Source: Nitrospirota bacterium
GTDB taxonomy: Bacteria > Nitrospirota > Thermodesulfovibrionia > Thermodesulfovibrionales > UBA6898
Direction of reading: 5' to 3'
Length of the DNA stretch: 24,000 nt
NCBI GenBank assembly: GCA_016217675.1
Contig: JACRHC010000072.1
Coordinates: forward strand, 1,742 to 25,741
Shown here: positions 1 through 7,370 of the stretch, in pieces
Layout of the letters: each line of letters starts with the position of its first letter
Numbering within the stretch: the stretch's first letter is position 1
Notes under the pieces: model-generated
Seen by the model: only the letters and a program-made list of their open reading frames with translations
Database searches by the model: none
Told to the model about the DNA's origin: nothing
Translations under genes and position numbers: made by a program

Positions 1-1357
1 TTCCCATGGAATTGAGCTTGCGGCGGAGGGTGCTGTAATCGATTCCAAGTATTCTGGCAGCCTTGCTCTTATTGCCGCCCACGGACTTTAAGACATCCGC
101 AATATGAAGCCGTTCAAGATCAAAAAGTGTAAGATTTTTGGGATATGCTGCAGCGCTCTCCGGCAGTGCTTCGCTTTCAGTTTTGATCTCATCAGGCAGG
201 TACTCCGTGCTGATGAAATCATCATCAGTCATCGTAATAGCCCTTTCAATAACATTCTCAAGCTCTCTCACATTTCCTTCCCATTTATATCGTTTTAGTA
301 GCTCTTCAGCATCTTTGTTTATGCCTGAGATATTCCTCTCCATTTTGGAAGAGAATTTCCTGATAAAATGTCTGATGAGAAGCGGGATGTCTTCTTTTCT
401 TTCCCTCAAGGGCGGGATCTCGATGGGGATGACATTCAACCGGTAATAAAGGTCTTTTCTGAAGGCTCCCCTGTCCACAGCATCTTTAAGATATTCATTC
501 GTAGCTGCAATAACCCTGACTTCAACACCTATAGTCTCTTTACCCCCGAGTCGCATAAAGGTTCTCTCCTGCAAAAACCTGAGCAGCTTTACCTGCATCA
601 TCGGGCTTATGCTGCTGACCTCATCGAGAAATACCGTACCTCCGTCAGCTGCCTCAAACAGGCCTGTCTTTCTGTTTACTGCACCAGTGAATGCACCCTT
701 TTCGTAACCGAACAACTCGGACTCCAGAAGATCATCAGGCAGTGCGCCACAATTGATGGCTATGAAGGGCCTCTGTGCCCTTTTGCTGCCATAATGGATT
801 GCTCGTGCAACAAGCTCCTTGCCTGCACCGCTTTCTCCTATGATCAGGACCGTTCCGTCCGTGTCCTTGACCTTTTCGATCATGCTGAATACCTGGCGCA
901 TAGCAAGGCTTGAGCCTATGATCTCGCCTGAGCCCGGCAATCCTTCCAGCTGTCTCTTCAGGCCTATGTTTTCGAGCTTCAGACTTCGTGTTTCAGCAGC
1001 CCGCCTGACAACAATCGCTATATGCTCGGGGTCAAAGGGCTTCGGAATAAAATCATACGCACCTGATCGTATGGCTTTGACAGCAGATTCGACAGATGAA
1101 TAGGCCGTGATCACGATTACGAATATATTTCTGTCAACCTTGTGCGCCTCCTCGATCACCCGGAAGCCGTCAATGTCCGGCAGCATGAGGTCGGTTATTA
1201 CAATATCGACAGGCTCACCGCTGCCAAGTCTTTCTATTGCAGCAGAAGCATTACTGAAGGTCTCAACAACGCAGCTCTCCGGTTCAAGAGACCTCCTGAT
1301 TATCTTCAGCATGGTCTCTTCGTCATCTATGGCTACTACATTAAGCGGCCTATCCAT
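1..1357 (-). CDS. sigma-54-dependent response regulator (NtrC/AtoC family); 3' end runs off the window
   Basis: Absent from the ORF track because no stop lies inside the window. My minus-strand translation from the ATG at 1357 gives three domains. Receiver: MDRPLNVVAIDDEETMLKII...DIVITDLMLPDIDG. AAA+ sigma-54 interaction domain: VLIIGESGAGKE...ESELFGYEKGAFTGA (GAFTGA). Fis-type HTH at the window edge: GNKSKAARILGIDYSTLRRKLNSMG. The ATG overlaps the upstream kinase stop by 8 nt (ATGGATAG). Confidence 0.9.
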   Translation of the reverse strand, partial: MDRPLNVVAIDDEETMLKIIRRSLEPESCVVETFSNASAAIERLGSGEPVDIVITDLMLPDIDGFRVIEEAHKVDRNIFVIVITAYSSVESAVKAIRSGAYDFIPKPFDPEHIAIVVRRAAETRSLKLENIGLKRQLEGLPGSGEIIGSSLAMRQVFSMIEKVKDTDGTVLIIGESGAGKELVARAIHYGSKRAQRPFIAINCGALPDDLLESELFGYEKGAFTGAVNRKTGLFEAADGGTVFLDEVSSISPMMQVKLLRFLQERTFMRLGGKETIGVEVRVIAATNEYLKDAVDRGAFRKDLYYRLNVIPIEIPPLRERKEDIPLLIRHFIRKFSSKMERNISGINKDAEELLKRYKWEGNVRELENVIERAITMTDDDFISTEYLPDEIKTESEALPESAAAYPKNLTLFDLERLHIADVLKSVGGNKSKAARILGIDYSTLRRKLNSMG

Positions 1358-3080
1358 TTTCTTCTCCCATGGGAAGCCTGATCCTGAAGGTGCTTCCCTG
1401 TTCTTTTCCGCTCTCTGCAAAGATCTCGCCTCCGTGGTTCTGAACTATGCCGTAACTTATTGCAAGTCCAAGGCCAGTGCCTTCACCCACTGCCTTTGTC
1501 GTAAAGAAAGGATAGAATATTTTGTCTTTGATCTCATCGGCAATTCCGATGCCGTTATCCGATATCGATATCTCGGCCATATTGTCGCTTGAGACGGAGG
1601 TCCTGATTATTATGTTTCCTGACGATTCGATGGACTGAATCGCATTAAATAGGATATTGCTCAGAACCTGGCTCAACTGGAGGGGATCAACACGGATATC
1701 CTGAAGTCCTGGATCAATCTCCCTGATGATCTCGATTTGTTTTGAGTTGGCCTGATTCATTACAGTTTTAATTGCACCGTCAATAAGAAAGGTCAGCGAT
1801 GTCATCTCTTTCTTCGGGGGGGACTGCCGGGAATATACAAGTAGATCCTTGATTATGTTTGCGCACCTGCCTGAATCCTTGATGATTGATTCAAGGTCCT
1901 CCCGCGCAGCAGTGTCTTCGGTATTTTTCAGTCTGAGCTTGGCAATGCCGATCACATTGCCTATGGGGTTATTAATCTCATGTGCAATGCCTGCGGCAAA
2001 CTTGCCTATGGCTGCAAGACGTTCTGACTGGTAAAGGCGCTCCTCCATGCTCCTCATTTTTTCGAGGTTCGCAGCCATTCTGTTAAACCCCTCTGAAAGC
2101 TCTCCGATCTCATCCTTTGATACAACCACGATCCTGTGGCCGAACTCGCCCTTCCCGATTCTTTCAGCCCCTTCTCTGAGCTTCACCACTGGCCGCAGCA
2201 CTCTGTTGAGGACAAGAAACAGAACAAAGACCGAACCGGCGGATATAGTCAGAATAAAAATCAGAAGAGTCAGATGCGTTTTCGCAATTATCCCCGGCAG
2301 TCTGTCTTCCTGAATGATCATAACGTTTCCGATTGCTGCATTGGTCATATCAGTGAGCGGGAACTTTATAAGCAGCCTGCCGGACAGGTCTTTCTCTGAA
2401 AGAGTCTTGCGATCCGTTTTCCCCTGAGCCTGCAGTGTAGAAGATATGACACTGCCTGTGGAATCGACAATAACAAGATCGGTGTTGCTCAACTGTTTTA
2501 TCTTGGCCAGCAGGGTGTCATCAAGCAGTATACCGGCAGTGATCGTGCCTATAAGTTGATTCTCATTGTAAAGGATCGGCGCAGATGCCTTAATAATGAA
2601 CCCCTGCTTCGCAAGCACAATGCCGGACATCACCTTGCCCTGAAGGACACTTTTTATGAGGGGGTCCTGTGATCTGTCGTCGCTATATCGCTCAGGCGCT
2701 TCGGCAACAGCAACGACGCGGCCCCGAATATCGCCGATCTCTATAGTGCTGACATCAAACGACTTGAACAAACGGGTTATAGCTCTCAACGGGTGTTCGC
2801 GTTCACCGGAAAGCTCGGTGTGATAAAAGAGGCTGTCCTTTATCTCTCTGTCATTGCTGAAAAGCTTTGTGTAATTTGTGACCTTGCTTTGGTAGTCGTC
2901 AAAGAGTTTTGTTACGAGATTCTTCACGCTCTCCAGATTGGTCTGCTGCTGTTTGAGAAGGGCGTCTCTGACAACATAAGAAACGACGGGAAGAATTGTG
3001 ACTGTGACGAGCAGGATGGTAACAACAATGATCGAGATGATCTTATATCTGATCGAAAGTCTATTCCATAGATTCTTCAT
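1350..3080 (-). CDS. sensor histidine kinase (TM - about 230 aa extracytoplasmic Cache-like region - TM - HAMP - HisKA - HATPase)
   Basis: 576-aa ORF. It has an N-terminal TM segment (IISIIVVTILLVTVTILPVV) and a second TM (LTLLIFILTISAGSVFVLFLVL). The H-box is FAAGIAHEINNPIGNV and the ATPase G-boxes are DNGIGI...GEGTGLGLAISY. The gene is translationally coupled to the downstream regulator. Confidence 0.9.
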   Translation of the reverse strand: MKNLWNRLSIRYKIISIIVVTILLVTVTILPVVSYVVRDALLKQQQTNLESVKNLVTKLFDDYQSKVTNYTKLFSNDREIKDSLFYHTELSGEREHPLRAITRLFKSFDVSTIEIGDIRGRVVAVAEAPERYSDDRSQDPLIKSVLQGKVMSGIVLAKQGFIIKASAPILYNENQLIGTITAGILLDDTLLAKIKQLSNTDLVIVDSTGSVISSTLQAQGKTDRKTLSEKDLSGRLLIKFPLTDMTNAAIGNVMIIQEDRLPGIIAKTHLTLLIFILTISAGSVFVLFLVLNRVLRPVVKLREGAERIGKGEFGHRIVVVSKDEIGELSEGFNRMAANLEKMRSMEERLYQSERLAAIGKFAAGIAHEINNPIGNVIGIAKLRLKNTEDTAAREDLESIIKDSGRCANIIKDLLVYSRQSPPKKEMTSLTFLIDGAIKTVMNQANSKQIEIIREIDPGLQDIRVDPLQLSQVLSNILFNAIQSIESSGNIIIRTSVSSDNMAEISISDNGIGIADEIKDKIFYPFFTTKAVGEGTGLGLAISYGIVQNHGGEIFAESGKEQGSTFRIRLPMGEENG

Positions 3081-3088
3081 TCAATCCT

Positions 3089-3928
3089 TTATTTCGCCTT
3101 GGCAAAATTACGTCTGATGATGGCCTGCCCCTCTTCGCCCAGGACAAAATCCATAAATTTCTTTGTGAGCCCATCCGGCTGGCCCTTCGTTATGATATAA
3201 AGGTCGCCTTTCAGGGGATATAAGCCTTTCTCGGTATTTTCAGGAGTGGCAGCGATCTTGTCCACGCTCACTATCTTCACCTTTGCCTCTTGTGCGAAGA
3301 CCCTTGGAGCGATACCTATTGCACCAGGAAACTTTTCCACATATTCGACAACCTCTTTATCTGTTTTTACGACAATCGCTTTTTTCGCAACAGGTCCATT
3401 TATACCAAGGACCTTACGTACCGGCTCCTCCATATCCCTGCAGTGATCCCTGAAGACCAGGGCAATCGGCTTGTCCTGTCCTCCGACCTGCTTCCAGTTG
3501 GTGATCTTACCATTATGAATATCTGATACCTGCTTCAGGGTAAGGTTGCCCAGAGGATTCTTTGAGTGCAGCATGACCGCCTTGATATCAACTGCAACCT
3601 TATGCTGAACCAGATTAAGTTTCCTGGCCTTCTCAGGCGCCAGAGGGCAGCAAAGACCGCCCATCTCATGCTCGCCTTTCACGACAACAGCAATCCCGTC
3701 TGCACACCCGCCGCCTTTCACGAAGACCTTCAAGCCATACTTTTTCTCAAATGCTCTTGCCAGGTCTTCAAGTGCACCGTGGGTGAGGATATGAGTACCC
3801 TGATAGCCTATGTCTGACGATGGGGATGAAATGCCGGCTGAAGGAAAGATGCTGACTATGCAAGCCAGTGTCAATATTAATAAGAGTCTCATTGTTTGTA
3901 TTATAAAAACTGCCGGCAATATTTGCAT
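3089..3928 (-). CDS. periplasmic substrate-binding protein, PstS-like (PBP-like type 2 fold), Cys-rich variant
   Basis: 279-aa ORF with a signal peptide (MRLLLILTLACIVSIFPSAG). It carries the G.ITNWKQVGG motif typical of phosphate/oxyanion-binding PBPs. It is the first gene of a PBP-kinase-regulator trio and ends 8 nt before the kinase start. The start is ambiguous: ATG at 3928 or ATG at 3892. Confidence 0.7.
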   Translation of the reverse strand: MQILPAVFIIQTMRLLLILTLACIVSIFPSAGISSPSSDIGYQGTHILTHGALEDLARAFEKKYGLKVFVKGGGCADGIAVVVKGEHEMGGLCCPLAPEKARKLNLVQHKVAVDIKAVMLHSKNPLGNLTLKQVSDIHNGKITNWKQVGGQDKPIALVFRDHCRDMEEPVRKVLGINGPVAKKAIVVKTDKEVVEYVEKFPGAIGIAPRVFAQEAKVKIVSVDKIAATPENTEKGLYPLKGDLYIITKGQPDGLTKKFMDFVLGEEGQAIIRRNFAKAK

Positions 3929-4028
3929 GTAATCTTTTCATAGCAAGATGAAAAGTGCTTCACTAAACCGGCTTTCCTATCAGCGCTCTGGCTATCGTGT
4001 ATTCATGCAGCGCTTATATCCTGCCAAA

Positions 4029-4068
4029 CAATAAGCAGGGGAAGGCAAACACCTTCTCCTGCTTATTG
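4029..4068 (-). terminator. candidate intrinsic terminator hairpin downstream of the rhodanese gene
   Basis: CAATAAGCAGGGGAAGG / loop CAAACA / CCTTCTCCTGCTTATTG forms a 17-bp stem with one G-U position. On the minus-strand RNA it is followed by UUGUUUGG. It lies about 90 nt after the stop at 4161. Confidence 0.5.
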
Positions 4069-4160
4069 TCACGGCCGACTGATCACATTATGTGCGCTAT
4101 TTTCGTTCTAACTGAAATTCGCATCGGCAAATCGATACGACAAACATTGCTTTAACTATC

Positions 4161-5591
4161 TCAAACTCCCTCCTTGCCTTTATTTCCACCAGTCAACACA
4201 CTCTGTCGTCCCTTCTGGTAAGCCCCTTCCTGCAGCACACCCTTGCTGAAATCTTTTATGTGGCCGTCTACCCACCGAACGTCCTTAAAGCCGTTGTCCA
4301 TGAGTTGCCTGTACACCATCAGCGCCCGGTTGCCGGCCTCGCACTGCAAGACTATTTTCTTGTCTCTGGGCAGTTCAATCCAGCGTCTGTTCATTGTTTC
4401 GATAGGGATCGTCAATGCCCCAGGTACCATGCTCTTCATGTATTCAACAGGACTTCTGACATCCACAATGATGGTATTCTCAGGCTTATTGGCGATCAAT
4501 TTCTCATATTCATCGATATACATGGCGCCGGGCAGTGGAGTCTTCTTGTAGGCAATTTTAGTCTGCAGCTTATTGTTCTCCAGAGGGTATCCTTTTGCCT
4601 TCCATGTATCTATGCCGCCGTTCAGAATATATCCGTCTTCCCATCCGTTAATGCGCATTATTTTATGCGCCTGAAGAGCCTCCTCAGGGTTGTCTGAATA
4701 GTAGATTATTCTCGCCTTCTTGTCTGAGGGCAGGGCCTTATTCAGTTCCTTCATTGCTGTTAGCGGATCTTTGCCCAGTGGATAATTGACCGCGCCTCTG
4801 ATATGCGCTTGACGCGCCTTCTCAGGACTTCTCAGATCAACCAAAATATGGGATATGCCCTCGTCAAGCGCCATCTTCAGGAATTCAGGTTCCGTGTAGT
4901 AGGGGTTTATGTCTGCCTGCCATATCATATGACCTGAAACCATGTACTTTACGTTTTTGTAGCCGTACACTTCCTTTGCCAACCTGGCAAAGTGGGGGCT
5001 CATGCCTCAAGAGGCTCCCCGGCAGTAGGCCACTATCAGGGTATTTTTGTCCGCAGGCATGCGGTCCTTGAATGCCTGGAACTGGTAGTGGGGCATCAGT
5101 ACAGCGCCGGGCAGATGTCCTTCAATAAAGTTGTCATATCCCCGGGAATCGAAGATGACATAGTTCGCAACCTTGGGGTCTTTCTTCAGAAGCTCGACCA
5201 CTTCGCTGACGGAGATGACATCGTCAGGATTTTTGAAACCGTAGTTTGACTTGTAACTTAATTCCTCGGCGTAAACCTGACCGTTGTCTTCAGTCCTGAA
5301 CCTGACCTTGACCGCTTTTTCATCAGGCAGATCCTTGACTGTTGCAACCTTGTTCAGCTTCGAATTCTTGTCATAGCGCACAGACCAGATGTCTTTTCCA
5401 GCCTGAACCTGAAATGAATCGTTTTTTTGAGAGCCCGGGACAAGAGTCCCCCTGATGGTCTGACTTTCATTCTTGTGGCACTCGGCACAAATAGCGCTGA
5501 TGCGCTCCTTGCCGTTGTCAGCTGATGCGGTCCCGGCAGCAATTAGCATTACTGCTGTCAGCAGACTTGTGAATAATCTTTTTCTTTTCAT
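4161..5591 (-). CDS. secreted CxxCH-motif / triple-rhodanese protein with in-frame TGA (5007..5009), candidate selenoprotein
   Basis: Track ORFs 5007..5675 and 4161..5003 are in the same frame, separated only by TGA plus one GGC codon. The likely start is the ATG at 5591 (MKRKRLFTSLLTAVMLIAAGTASA, a signal peptide) with a GGAG box 7 nt upstream. The break sits inside a rhodanese active-site loop: LIVAYCRGAS-TGA-GMSPHFARLAKEVYGYKNVKYMVSG. Downstream are an inactive rhodanese (YYSDNPEEA) and an active one (VLQCEAGNRALMVY). The N-terminal region carries CAECH. Confidence 0.7.
4974..4992 (-). ncRNA. candidate bacterial SECIS hairpin (cis element within the mRNA)
   Basis: The minus-strand RNA reads UGA GGCAUGAGCCCCCA CUUUGCCA-GGU-UGGCAAAG. 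This gives a 7-8 bp perfect stem that starts 15 nt after the UGA, with G/U in the apical loop. Confidence 0.55.
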
Positions 5592-5614
5592 GCACTGTCT
5601 CCTTTCTTGGTTTA

Positions 5615-5851
5615 TTATTTCTTCTCTGTATACCAGACCTGGTCTTCTGCAGGCAGTGAAAGCAGGGTTGCCCATTCGAGCCAGGAGCCGTCATAGACCT
5701 TGTTAGCCTTTTCAGGGACTTCAACGATGCGGATACTCTTGTTGTCGAGGTTTTTCTTGAGCCAGTCTGCGTCCACAAGAGATATTGCCCAGCCTGCAGA
5801 AGCCCAGAGTAAGACGACGAGACAGCTGATCCAGAATGTTTTTTGTTTCAT
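5615..5851 (-). CDS. small secreted protein resembling only the N- and C-terminal edges of a rhodanese domain
   Basis: 78-aa ORF with a signal peptide (MKQKTFWISCLVVLLWASAGWA) and an AAGGAGG box 5 nt before the ATG. ISLVDADWLKKNLDNKSIRIVEV resembles a rhodanese N-terminus. KVYDGSWLEWA resembles a rhodanese C-terminal YDGSW.EW motif. There is no catalytic core between the two. Confidence 0.5.
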   Translation of the reverse strand: MKQKTFWISCLVVLLWASAGWAISLVDADWLKKNLDNKSIRIVEVPEKANKVYDGSWLEWATLLSLPAEDQVWYTEKK

Positions 5852-5877
5852 ATGCGCCTCCTTTTGGGAGGAGTTAT

Positions 5878-5893
5878 TTCAAGAGTCGTGCCA
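5878..5893 (-). promoter_or_regulatory. candidate sigma-54 (-24/-12) promoter for the rhodanese operon
   Basis: The minus strand reads TGGCACGACTCTTGAA. The -24 element (TGGCACG) is perfect and the spacing is correct. The -12 element is TTGA rather than TTGC. The predicted transcription start is about 16 nt before the ATG at 5851, which leaves the AAGGAGG box inside the transcript. A sigma-54 activator gene lies immediately upstream. Confidence 0.4.
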
Positions 5894-5979
5894 GTGAGGT
5901 AGCGCAAAGAAATTGGCGCAAATTCAAGTCGTTAGTAGAAAATAGAGGCGGCTTGTGAGACTGTTGGTGAGAGTCAGGA

Positions 5980-6011
5980 ACTGCAAAATGCAATGACACT
6001 GCAAAATGCAA
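5980..6011. repeat. tandem direct repeat ACTGCAAAATGCAA x2 (18-bp period), candidate enhancer-binding (UAS) site
   Basis: Two perfect 14-nt copies separated by TGAC. Each contains TGCA-N3-TGCA. The pair lies about 100 bp upstream of the sigma-54-like promoter and just after the activator gene stop (6033). Confidence 0.4.
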
Positions 6012-6032
6012 GGTAACAAAGAAAGAGACGGA

Positions 6033-7370
6033 CTATTCCAGATCGTACTTCTTCAGTTTTCTCCAGAGTGTGGTGACATCAATGCCCAGAGCCTCAGCTG
6101 CCCTGTTTTTTTGTCCATCAAGAAGCCTCAGGGTTCTCTGGATAAGAAATTTCTCCATTTCATCGATCGTCATAAGCCCTATATGAGAAAGGGGATCATG
6201 AAGCTCCTTTTCCATATCAGGAGGAAGTGAATGGACAGTGATCATTGCTGACTGCTCCATAATCACCGCCCTTTCTACTGCGTTTTCAAGCTCCCTGACA
6301 TTGCCGGGCCACGGGTAGGCATTGAATACCTCTAATACTTCAGTAGCGAATGCCCGGATTTCCTTGGTGAATTTCTTTCCGTATTTATTCAGAAAGTGAT
6401 ACGCAAGCAGCGGGATGTCATCTTTTCGGTCTCTGAGTGACGGGATGGCCAGCACAACCACATTCAGCCGGTAGAAGAGGTCTTTTCTGAACCTGCTGTC
6501 AGCCACTTCTTTCTGAAGATCGGCATTAGAGGCTGCTACTATCCTGACATTTACCGGTATGGGCCTCGCAGCGCCGACCCTCATGATAGTCTGCTCCTGA
6601 AGCACACGCAGGAGCTTTACCTGCATTGCAGGCGACGTTGCATTGATCTCATCGAGAAAGATCGTACCCTTGCTTGCTGTTTCGAAAAGCCCCTTCTTTT
6701 CAGCAACCGCACCGGTAAAGGCGCCCTTTTCGTGGCCGAAAAGTTCTGACTCAAGGAGTGTTTCCGAAAGGGCTCCGCAATTTACAGGCAGAAACAGATT
6801 GCCGGATCTTGAGCTCTGCCTGTGGATCAGCCGTGCGATCAGCTCCTTGCCTGTGCCTGTTTCCCCCTGTATCAGGATGGTCGTGTCAAGTGGTGCGACC
6901 TTGTCGATAAGCTGCCTGACCGACATCATGCCCTGGCTCGAACCGATGATATCATCCTCCTGATAGCTTCTGACCTCTGCTGACAACCTTCTGTTTTCGT
7001 CCAGCAGATCATGGTGCTCAAGAGCCCTCTTTACCAGGAGCAGGAGATGGTCCGGATCAAAGGGCTTCTGAATATAGTCGTACGCCCCCTTTCTGATGGC
7101 CTCTATTGCAGACTCTACTGTGCCATGGGCTGTGACCATGACCACCAGTGCTTCAGGGTTTATATCTTTTGCATAGGCAAGTACTTCGAGGCCGCTTACA
7201 TGGGGCATTTTGAGGTCTGTGATAACAATATCAAAGGCCCTCTCTTTCAGCATCATAAGGGCCTCTCTTCCGTCACCCGTTGAATAGACAGTAAATCCCT
7301 CTGTCCTGAGCAGTTCTTCTATCAGTTGCCGCATTCTCAGGTCGTCGTCAACAACGAGTATCTCAGCCAT
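6033..7370 (-). CDS. sigma-54-dependent response regulator (NtrC family)
   Basis: Receiver domain: MAEILVVDDD...VITDLKMPHVSG. AAA+ domain: GETGTGKE, ESELFGHEKGAFTGA. C-terminal HTH: QKNRAAEALGIDVTTLWRKLKKY. I place the start at the ATG at 7370 (MAEILVV), which overlaps the kinase stop by 8 nt (ATGGCTGA). The 22-aa extension in the track lies inside the kinase gene. Confidence 0.9.
   Translation of the reverse strand: MAEILVVDDDLRMRQLIEELLRTEGFTVYSTGDGREALMMLKERAFDIVITDLKMPHVSGLEVLAYAKDINPEALVVMVTAHGTVESAIEAIRKGAYDYIQKPFDPDHLLLLVKRALEHHDLLDENRRLSAEVRSYQEDDIIGSSQGMMSVRQLIDKVAPLDTTILIQGETGTGKELIARLIHRQSSRSGNLFLPVNCGALSETLLESELFGHEKGAFTGAVAEKKGLFETASKGTIFLDEINATSPAMQVKLLRVLQEQTIMRVGAARPIPVNVRIVAASNADLQKEVADSRFRKDLFYRLNVVVLAIPSLRDRKDDIPLLAYHFLNKYGKKFTKEIRAFATEVLEVFNAYPWPGNVRELENAVERAVIMEQSAMITVHSLPPDMEKELHDPLSHIGLMTIDEMEKFLIQRTLRLLDGQKNRAAEALGIDVTTLWRKLKKYDLE

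Noticed and set aside
104-1592. Plus-strand track ORFs (104..298, 138..446, 368..913, 819..1103, 1107..1592, 1142..1381)
   Set aside because: They lie antisense to a minus-strand reading frame that translates into a complete receiver, AAA+ (GAFTGA) and Fis-HTH regulator. Their sequences are low-complexity and Ser/Leu-rich with no motifs, so they are shadow ORFs. The same reasoning applies to the other long plus-strand ORFs, for example 8309..8764, 12564..12998, 13196..13663, 16215..16622, 19565..19996 and 23316..23657.
3934-3955. Inverted repeat CTTTTCAT-N6-ATGAAAAG just upstream of the PstS-like gene
   Set aside because: It is only 8 bp and AT-rich, and it overlaps possible -35/-10 candidates. 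It could be an operator, but it cannot be distinguished from chance. The uncertain start codon (3928 or 3892) adds to the doubt.
5007-5675. Treating 5007..5675 and 4161..5003 as two independent genes, and the 28-aa N-terminal extension MGNPAFTACRR...
   Set aside because: The two are in the same frame with one codon between the stop and the next ATG. The split bisects a rhodanese domain, and a SECIS-like hairpin follows. The extension lacks a ribosome-binding site and overlaps the upstream ORF, whereas the ATG at 5591 has a GGAG box and starts a signal peptide. A genuine nonsense pseudogene cannot be fully excluded without homologues.
5354-5778. Track ORFs 5354..5542 and 5518..5778 (minus strand, alternative frames)
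   Set aside because: They overlap the signal-peptide/CxxCH region and the mini-rhodanese ORF out of frame, and they have no motifs.
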